Shown here one piece after another: positions 16,318 through 22,755 of a stretch of 59,355 bases of DNA (its first letter is position 1; each line of letters starts with the position of its first letter). The position numbers were made by a program, and so were the translations under genes. Below the pieces are notes generated by a model. It worked only from the letters and a program-made list of their open reading frames with translations. It did not search any database and was not told the origin of the DNA. Source of the stretch: a virus (lineage: Duplodnaviria; Caudoviricetes); IMG/VR virus record IMGVR_UViG_3300032247_001105, positions 1 through 59,355 of that record; one strand, given 5' to 3'.

Positions 16318-16391
16318 GGGGCGTTGCAGCCGGTAGTTGCACATACTCTTATAAGGTATTCAAAAGGTTGGTTCGACTCCAACACGCCCTA
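16318..16391 (+). tRNA. tRNA-Ile(TAT), atypical D-arm
   Basis: Acceptor GGGGCGT/ACGCCCT, discriminator A; anticodon arm ATACT-CTTATAA-GGTAT; T-arm GTTGG-TTCGACT-CCAAC. Confidence 0.85.
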
Positions 16392-16409
16392 TTAACCCAG
16401 GAGATTAAT

Positions 16410-16604
16410 ATGAGAAATTTAAATTTGGATATTATTTTGATTATTGGTTTTGTTTTGAGTATTGGTTTGAACGTATTTCAATTTTATACTATGGAACACG
16501 TTGAACAAATGTATTTCAAACAATGTGGGTCTAGTATTATTGCAATTAGAGAATCTGAATTGAATAAAATGTTCGATCAACTTGAAGAAGGTTCTGAAAA
16601 ATAG
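16410..16604 (+). CDS. small membrane protein
   Basis: AGGAG RBS before ATG 16410; hydrophobic N-terminus. Confidence 0.65.
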   Translation: MRNLNLDIILIIGFVLSIGLNVFQFYTMEHVEQMYFKQCGSSIIAIRESELNKMFDQLEEGSEK

Positions 16605-16956
16605 GGTGCGTAAAGGTTTCGACTACATACGGAGAATTATATTAGCAAGTGGAGGTTGGTCTGTTGGCCTCCTTAAAAGCAGACCAAACGCTTAATTGGC
16701 GTAAATCAATTAGCCCTTGCTGCTTAATTAAATAACAGCAACAATCTTAGAAAGCGATGAAGGTAGCGTTCAAAAGATTGATGTAAAATCCTTCGGCTGC
16801 TAGAATAGCCAACGGGTTCTAGCCTGAGAATAGTTGGTACGGAAAGACGAATGTTGTTTGTTTTTTAATCTTTCTCAAAACTTATAAACAAAATAAACTT
16901 GTAGAATATATAGTTTGATATATGATAGGACGCGGATTCGATTTCCGCCGCATCCA
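16604..16956 (+). ncRNA. ssrA: tmRNA
   Basis: 5' GGGTGCGTAAAGGTTTCGAC pairs with 3' CGCATCC-A (G3.U wobble, Ala identity); 3' T-arm GCGGA-TTCGATT-TCCGC; tag ORF 16698-16727 GVNQLALAA*. Confidence 0.92.
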
Positions 16957-16972
16957 CTAAATTAGTAATAAT

Positions 16973-17473
16973 ATGGCAACAACTAAAAAAAGAAAAAGGA
17001 GAAAGAAAAAGGAGAAACGTGTTGAACAACACAGGAAAGTTTGTATTTATTGTAATAAGAGAAAAAATCCACAATCTTTTCCACGACACAGTAAACAAAA
17101 AGATGAACTAGACAGCAGATGCCGAGAATGTAAAGCGGCAGATGATATTATTAGAAAAGAGATTAGAAAAACAGCACCACCAGTTTCAACTAATTGTGAA
17201 AGTTGTGGTAAATTATTTGTCAAAAAAACTAAAGATAGCGACAGATTAGATCATTGTAGAAAAACAAAAAAATTTAGAGGATGGTTATGTGATGGATGTA
17301 ATACTGCTATTGGTAAATTAGGAGATAATGCTCAAGGGGTTTTAAATGCTTTCAATTATCTCTTATTAAGAAGCGATATTAATAGTGATCAATTACCAGT
17401 ATTAATAAATGGTGTTGTAGATTCTTTGAATAATCTGTTGTCCAGACAGAAAGATTCAAGTAGGGTGGCTTGA
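16973..17473 (+). CDS. endonuclease VII-family (His-Me) endonuclease, probably homing
   Basis: CESCG...LDHCRKTKKFRGWLCDGCNTAIGKLGD plus an N-terminal CxxC...CxxC finger. Confidence 0.85.
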   Translation: MATTKKRKRRKKKEKRVEQHRKVCIYCNKRKNPQSFPRHSKQKDELDSRCRECKAADDIIRKEIRKTAPPVSTNCESCGKLFVKKTKDSDRLDHCRKTKKFRGWLCDGCNTAIGKLGDNAQGVLNAFNYLLLRSDINSDQLPVLINGVVDSLNNLLSRQKDSSRVA

Positions 17474-17498
17474 CAAGTCGATAATCATAGTGTAGAAT
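17456..17498 (+). promoter_or_regulatory. nested sigma28-like + sigma70 promoter
   Basis: TCAAG(17456)-N16-GTCGATAA(17477); TTGACA(17470)-N17-TAGAAT(17493). Confidence 0.8.
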
Positions 17499-17524
17499 GG
17501 CGATACACACAGGAGACTATTTGG

Positions 17525-18838
17525 ATGACTCACGATTTTAATTATGTTATGGGAATGGTTCGTGATCTTAGGGCTACTAGCAGCACTATTGATAAGCAAA
17601 CTATTATTGAGGATTATTGTAATCAGAAAACAGTATCAGCACAGTTTGCTAAGAGTATTTTACTTTATACATATCATCCATTGTGGCAATATAATATTAC
17701 TAGTGATAATCTGAAGAAAAAGAATCATCTTGTAGCCAGAAAGAATGAATACAAAAACTTCTTTGATCTTCTTGATGCTCTAAAGAGTCGTAAAATTACG
17801 GGGCATGATGCTATCTCTGCTGTGAATAGTTTTATTGAGCATTATTCTGAATACGAGGAACTTATCCATTGTATTATTGACAAGGATTTGAAAACCCGTG
17901 CTGGTGACAAGATTATCAACAAGGCTATTCCTGACCATATTCCAGAGTTTAGTGTTGCTCTGGCAGATAAATATGAGCCTAAACTTGTAGATTGGAAAGA
18001 TGGGTGGTATGTTTCCAGAAAAATTGACGGTGCTAGATGCGTTGCTATTGTTGATAGTAATGGTGACGCTACTTTCTACTCCAGAACAGGAAAAGAGTTT
18101 GATACTCTTGGCGTTGTTGCTGATGGTATTAAGGCTCTTGGCATTACAAATGTAGTATTTGATGGTGAACTTTGTCTGGTTGACGATGATGGTAACGAAG
18201 ATTTCCAAGGAGTAATGAAACAACTCAAAAAGAAGGATCATACCATCCCCAATCCATCTTTTAAGATTTTTGATATGATTACACACGATGAATTTTATAG
18301 CAAGAAAGGTGAGAAGAATCGTACATATTCTATTCGATATAATAATCTACGAGAAGTAATGAGAGATAATACTTGTGCTTGTCTTAGTGTGCTTGGTCAA
18401 GAACTCATTAAAGACGATGACCATTTTGCCGAGTGGACAAAACGAGGTAATGATTATGGCTGGGAAGGAGTAATGCTACGAGCAGACGAACCATATAAAG
18501 GTAAGCGTAGCAAAGACCTACTCAAAGTTAAAAAGTTTTTTGATGACGAATATGAAGTAATTGATACTGAAATGGGGCCATTTCGTTATGTGAAAAATAA
18601 TGCTGAATGTGAAGAAACTATGTTGAGTTGTGTTACTATTAAGCATAAAGATCATCTTGTGCGAGTTGGTAGTGGTTTCACTATTGAGCAGCGTCAAGAA
18701 TTTTATCAGAATCCTAAAAAGATTCTTGGAAAGATTATTACGGTTCAGTATTTTAGTGAGAGCGAAAACCAAGATGGTGGAATTAGTTTGCGTTTTCCAA
18801 CATTTAAAATTCTGCATGGTGCTGCCAGAACTGTTTAA
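17525..18838 (+). CDS. lig: ATP-dependent DNA ligase
   Basis: KIDGARC (motif I), FDGEL, EGVMLR, LLKVK, VGSGF and SLRFP. Confidence 0.95.
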   Translation: MTHDFNYVMGMVRDLRATSSTIDKQTIIEDYCNQKTVSAQFAKSILLYTYHPLWQYNITSDNLKKKNHLVARKNEYKNFFDLLDALKSRKITGHDAISAVNSFIEHYSEYEELIHCIIDKDLKTRAGDKIINKAIPDHIPEFSVALADKYEPKLVDWKDGWYVSRKIDGARCVAIVDSNGDATFYSRTGKEFDTLGVVADGIKALGITNVVFDGELCLVDDDGNEDFQGVMKQLKKKDHTIPNPSFKIFDMITHDEFYSKKGEKNRTYSIRYNNLREVMRDNTCACLSVLGQELIKDDDHFAEWTKRGNDYGWEGVMLRADEPYKGKRSKDLLKVKKFFDDEYEVIDTEMGPFRYVKNNAECEETMLSCVTIKHKDHLVRVGSGFTIEQRQEFYQNPKKILGKIITVQYFSESENQDGGISLRFPTFKILHGAARTV

Positions 18839-18878
18839 AGAAACAGGACTTGACAAGCCGATACCAGTAGTGTAGAAT
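18836..18878 (+). promoter_or_regulatory. nested sigma28-like + sigma70 promoter
   Basis: TAAAG(18836)-N16-GCCGATA(18857); TTGACA(18850)-N17-TAGAAT(18873). Confidence 0.8.
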
Positions 18879-18903
18879 CACAGCATACCCATTGGAGAAA
18901 ACC

Positions 18904-19608
18904 ATGATTGTTGAGAATACTGTCATTCCGATTCAGAATACCACTCTTGATAAGAGTAAGGCTGATTTTTTCTTTGCTACTTTTCCGCGAGATAAGGTTG
19001 TAGCATATAAGCAATATTGGGAAAGTGTGCGTCCACAGAATGTGGAAGATATTTTTCGACGATATTTGTTCGCATATTGTTCTGTGCATACTACATGGAA
19101 GGGTAATTGTGCAGGCTATAATGCTATTAAGAATTTTAGTGAGTGGGTTGATGACGAGAATATTCTGAGAGAAAAACTTCACAAAAGTGGTGTGGGTCTA
19201 CATAATAATCGTACAAAATATATTTGGGATTTTGCCACTAAGTTTTGGGCCAATCCTAAAGACTTTTATTTTACTACTAAGAAAGGTCACGTTAAGAAGC
19301 GTGATAGTATTCTTGGAAAGATTAGTGGTATTGGGTTGGCTAAAATTAGTTTTGCCTTGGAAATGATCCATCCTAATGAGGCTAGAGTATTGTGTGGTGA
19401 TGTTCATCAACTTCGCCTTTACGATATGGAGCATCTTAAATATAATAAGAGTAAGACTGGCACAGATACTTATAAAAAGATGGAGCGTCATTGGATGGTG
19501 AACTGTGGTAAGCACAAAATTCCATCTTATATTGCACGATCCATTTATTGGGACGATCTTCAAAAGAAAGAAGATAGTCGTTACTGGAGTTTTGTTCTGG
19601 AGGATTAA
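18904..19608 (+). CDS. HhH-GPD superfamily DNA glycosylase-like protein
   Basis: ISGIGLAKISF helix-hairpin-helix followed by VLCGDVHQLR. Confidence 0.7.
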   Translation: MIVENTVIPIQNTTLDKSKADFFFATFPRDKVVAYKQYWESVRPQNVEDIFRRYLFAYCSVHTTWKGNCAGYNAIKNFSEWVDDENILREKLHKSGVGLHNNRTKYIWDFATKFWANPKDFYFTTKKGHVKKRDSILGKISGIGLAKISFALEMIHPNEARVLCGDVHQLRLYDMEHLKYNKSKTGTDTYKKMERHWMVNCGKHKIPSYIARSIYWDDLQKKEDSRYWSFVLED

Positions 19609-19719
19609 ATGAGCCAAAATGGAAAAGGGTCTAAGCGTAGGCCAAAAAATATTGACCAAAAAACTTGGGATAAAAATTGGAATAGAATTTTTAAGAAGAA
19701 AAAGAAAAAGTGTATTTAA
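19609..19719 (+). CDS. small basic phage protein (36 aa)
   Basis: Read manually: MSQNGKGSKRRP...WDKNWNRIF; GGAGG RBS. Confidence 0.6.
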   Translation: MSQNGKGSKRRPKNIDQKTWDKNWNRIFKKKKKKCI

Positions 19720-19750
19720 TATTGTCTCTCAATAATACTAGGAGGCTACT

Positions 19751-19936
19751 ATGATAATGAAAAACTATGTGGCAGATGAGTTGGCTAATAAAGTTCATCA
19801 TCTAACATTAGCATTAAAACAGGCCAATGAAATTATTGAGAAGTTAGATGAACAAAATGAAAATCTTAAAGTTATTCTATCTAATCTTGGAATAGCAACA
19901 GAAGAAAATAATCATCAGGAATTTTATCTAGTATGA
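19751..19936 (+). CDS. coiled-coil hypothetical protein
   Basis: AGGAGG RBS. Confidence 0.65.
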   Translation: MIMKNYVADELANKVHHLTLALKQANEIIEKLDEQNENLKVILSNLGIATEENNHQEFYLV

Positions 19937-20118
19937 ATAGTTTAACAAGATCATATTCTGATAGAATGTTATTTGGTGTTTGCGGAGGACTAGGGAAATA
20001 TCTTGGAATAGATTCTAGAATCATTAGAATACTAGCAGTATTTGGTACTCTGGCTAGTTTTAGTGCTATATTCTGGATTTATCTACTTTTAGCAATCGCA
20101 CTACCCAACGAAAAATAA
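19933..20118 (+). CDS. pspC: PspC domain protein
   Basis: LTRSYSDRMLFGVCGGLGKYLGIDSRIIRIL plus a TM segment is the PspC domain signature. Confidence 0.88.
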   Translation: MNSLTRSYSDRMLFGVCGGLGKYLGIDSRIIRILAVFGTLASFSAIFWIYLLLAIALPNEK

Positions 20119-20119
20119 T

Positions 20120-20161
20120 TCAAGGTCTGGCTGTTGACAAGCCGATAACCTATGGTAGAAT
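20120..20161 (+). promoter_or_regulatory. nested sigma28-like + sigma70 promoter
   Basis: TCAAG(20120)-N16-GCCGATAA(20141); TTGACA(20134)-N16-TAGAAT(20156). Confidence 0.8.
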
Positions 20162-20237
20162 GAGGATACAACACGGGAATGAATCAGTCGCGTGACTGAA
20201 ACCGTGAAGTAAGGTTGGATTTTTTTGGAGGTTGATT

Positions 20238-20519
20238 ATGGCTGAAGTTACTACGGTTGAGAAGCAGAAGCGTGTTCGTTGCAGTGATGAGCAATTCCTA
20301 GAGGCTGTTTATTCTTCTAGAACTTATGCTGAAATTGCAACAAAGACCGGGCAGAAGATTGCTAGTACGATGGCTCGTTATGCTCGTACAAAGGCTGCTC
20401 TTTCTAAGAAGGGTATTGAATTGCCTTCTATGGAGCGTCAAAAGCCCACAAAGAATGTGGATCGTGATGAGGCTATGGCAGACATTGTACGTCGCCTCAA
20501 GGCTCATACAAACGGTTGA
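20238..20519 (+). CDS. small basic protein, possible HTH DNA-binding
   Basis: GGAGG RBS; SDEQFLEAVYSSRTYAEIATKTG helix-turn-helix-like segment. Confidence 0.7.
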   Translation: MAEVTTVEKQKRVRCSDEQFLEAVYSSRTYAEIATKTGQKIASTMARYARTKAALSKKGIELPSMERQKPTKNVDRDEAMADIVRRLKAHTNG

Positions 20520-20531
20520 TTTAAACCATAA

Positions 20532-20604
20532 GACACTGACTACAATGATCTAAACCAGAGGCTCACAATTAATCAACCTCTAATTTGGTCTTGTGGTCAG
20601 TGTT
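20532..20604 (+). other. long intergenic hairpin 5' of tRNA-Leu
   Basis: 14-bp GACACTGACTACAA/TTGTGGTCAGTGTT stem continued by GATC/GGTC, AAA/TTT and AGAGG/CCTCT. Confidence 0.65.
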
Positions 20605-20609
20605 ATTTT

Positions 20610-20682
20610 GGGAGTGTAGTCCAATGGCAGAGACAACGGACTTAAAATCCGTACAGTGTGGGTTCGACTCCCACCACTCCTA
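20610..20682 (+). tRNA. tRNA-Leu(TAA), short variable loop
   Basis: Acceptor GGGAGTG/CACTCCT, discriminator A; anticodon arm ACGGA-CTTAAAA-TCCGT; T-arm GTGGG-TTCGACT-CCCAC. Confidence 0.92.
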
Positions 20683-20702
20683 CTTTAAATAAAGGAATTA
20701 AA

Positions 20703-21008
20703 ATGGATCATCATGCTAACCCTCTTGATTATATCCTAAAGTGTGCTGAACAAGGATTGGTTCCTAAATTGTTTAGTGTGCAAAATGCTAAGGATGAACT
20801 TAAAAAATTAAGAGAAGAATTGCATTACTATAATAATTTACAAGCAGTAGCATGGGGTAGGATTAATAGTCATGGTCAATTATATGATCTAAGAACTATT
20901 GATAATCCGTATATTAATGATGAGATTGTTGTACCACTCTATTCTAATAGATCAGAATTTAAAGACTTTTATTCTAAATTTAGGAAAAATAATGTCAACT
21001 TATCCTAA
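20703..21008 (+). CDS. hypothetical protein
   Basis: AAGGA RBS before ATG 20703 (the track start lies inside the tRNA). Confidence 0.7.
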   Translation: MDHHANPLDYILKCAEQGLVPKLFSVQNAKDELKKLREELHYYNNLQAVAWGRINSHGQLYDLRTIDNPYINDEIVVPLYSNRSEFKDFYSKFRKNNVNLS

Positions 21009-21327
21009 TAGATTTTTTAGAGGGTGGTGTTCTAATGAGGGCAATCCACGTTCTCACATTCTTCATTATCATATATCTACTATTAGGGATTTGCCTGATT
21101 ATGAAGGCGGTCTTATACCAGAAGAAGTAAAATCTCTAGAAGAATACTTTAATCTGGATGAAGAAGCAGAGGGTGAACCTTACTATGCTGTTTATGCCAC
21201 ATTTAGATTTGATATTAAAAGAGGCCCAATTAAAATCTTTGAGGGTGATGATCTAAAAATTGCTATTTTTATTGTGGAAAATCTGAGTGGTAATAAGGTA
21301 CAAGAAAATGATCTGCACCGATTTTAA
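20992..21327 (+). CDS. hypothetical protein
   Basis: AGGA RBS before ATG 20992. Confidence 0.65.
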   Translation: MSTYPNRFFRGWCSNEGNPRSHILHYHISTIRDLPDYEGGLIPEEVKSLEEYFNLDEEAEGEPYYAVYATFRFDIKRGPIKIFEGDDLKIAIFIVENLSGNKVQENDLHRF

Positions 21328-21844
21328 GATTGATTATGGTAGTTGGTTTGAGGAAGGTGGATATTCTCAAATTTATCCTATTTATGGAAAATCTAACTTA
21401 GCATTTAAAGAATTCCGCAATAAGAAGAAGGCCGAATATGCCTATAGCGTGCAAAAAAAACTCAGCAAATTCGATCTTGCACCAAAGGTTTATGGGAAAA
21501 TTTGTAGACTAGAATTTCAACCAGAAATAGATGTTTATCAACCAGACCCTAGCGATTGGGGATATATCACAGAATTGGCTACGGTTCCCAATGCTAATAC
21601 AATTATTAGTATGAAGCAGATTCAGTATCTTGTTAATCAAATTCAAGAAAAAACTAAATTAAAATTTTGGGATTGTCATTGGTATAATATTGGATTAATA
21701 AGAAGAAGGGGACGAAATAGAGTTGTTTGTATTGATACTGGTAAAGAAAGTTTTGATGGTGATTCTAATGCTTGGGGATTCGCAAATCCTGGGCCAAAAT
21801 GCTGTTATTGCAATAAATATCAATGTAGATGTAGTGAGGATTAA
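21308..21844 (+). CDS. protein kinase-like (PKL fold) protein
   Basis: EEGGYSQIY Gly loop, LAFKEF lysine, WDCHWYNIG catalytic loop, VCIDTG. Confidence 0.7.
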   Translation: MICTDFKIDYGSWFEEGGYSQIYPIYGKSNLAFKEFRNKKKAEYAYSVQKKLSKFDLAPKVYGKICRLEFQPEIDVYQPDPSDWGYITELATVPNANTIISMKQIQYLVNQIQEKTKLKFWDCHWYNIGLIRRRGRNRVVCIDTGKESFDGDSNAWGFANPGPKCCYCNKYQCRCSED

Positions 21845-21846
21845 TT

Positions 21847-22149
21847 ATGCCATATATTAATGAAAAAGAACGAGAAGAATTGGATGATACTATTGATAAT
21901 TTAATTCTGGCTATTCGTAACGATTTTATAGAACATAAAAGTTTAAAAGATTGTTTAGGTAGAATAAATTATTGTTTTTCTCGCATTATTTGTGGACTTA
22001 TGGGCGATACTAGTTATCCTAAGATTGCTATGATTACTGGTGTATTAGAGAATATCAAGCAAGAATTTTATCGCCGTATTGCCTCACCATATGAAGATAA
22101 AAAGATTTTGGAAAACGGGGATATAAAAGAATATAAAAGGAGTTTCTAA
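21847..22149 (+). CDS. conserved phage hypothetical protein
   Basis: MPYI...GRINY...GVLENIKQEFYRRIASPYEDKKILENGD, a motif recalled from many phages. Confidence 0.8.
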   Translation: MPYINEKEREELDDTIDNLILAIRNDFIEHKSLKDCLGRINYCFSRIICGLMGDTSYPKIAMITGVLENIKQEFYRRIASPYEDKKILENGDIKEYKRSF

Positions 22150-22448
22150 TGTCACGCGATTTTGATAATATAATTAAAAAGATTAGTGAAAGTAATAAAG
22201 ATATCCAGGGATTGGATAAAGATTTTAATAAAGAAATTACAGACATTAAGAAATCTATCAAATCACTAACTGCTAAAATAGATAGTGTTGAATCAAAAAT
22301 TAATGATATATTAGTAGTTTTAAATAGTTTTACTATTATGCTGGCAGAAGAAGAAGAAGAAGAACTAGATGATAATCCAGAGTGGACTCCGTATGACAGT
22401 TATGAAATTGATGGAGATGATGATGGGGAAGATTATTTGAATGGCTAG
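22149..22448 (+). CDS. coiled-coil protein with acidic tail
   Basis: ORF track. Confidence 0.7.
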   Translation: MSRDFDNIIKKISESNKDIQGLDKDFNKEITDIKKSIKSLTAKIDSVESKINDILVVLNSFTIMLAEEEEEELDDNPEWTPYDSYEIDGDDDGEDYLNG

Positions 22449-22674
22449 TTTAGCACTATTAGTTACTATAATTTTTCTGATAACAATCTTAATAGGCCCG
22501 ATTACATATCTTTTAGCAAAAATTGGTTTTCCATCTATTCTTATATATCTATTAAGTATAATTAATATTATTATTGGTATAAATTTTTGTTTAATAGCAA
22601 CTCCAGTATGGTATCTAGGCTTATTACCAATTTATTGTGGCTATATTAGCATACGGGTTGCAAGAAAAAAATAA
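22441..22674 (+). CDS. small multi-pass membrane protein
   Basis: Almost entirely hydrophobic. Confidence 0.65.
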   Translation: MASLALLVTIIFLITILIGPITYLLAKIGFPSILIYLLSIINIIIGINFCLIATPVWYLGLLPIYCGYISIRVARKK

Positions 22675-22676
22675 AG

Positions 22677-22711
22677 TGAAGGTTGACAAGTCGGTTTGCC
22701 GATGGTATACT
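22677..22711 (+). promoter_or_regulatory. nested sigma28-like + sigma70 promoter
   Basis: TGAAG(22677)-N16-GCCGATG(22698); TTGACA(22683)-N17-TATACT(22706). Confidence 0.75.
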
Positions 22712-22755
22712 TGGGTTATCACAGGAACGATTGAAACACTTTTGGAGAACAGGAA

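Noticed and set aside
16368-20702. Track starts at 16368 and 20658
   Set aside because: Both fall inside tRNA genes; RBS-supported ATGs at 16410 and 20703 were used instead.
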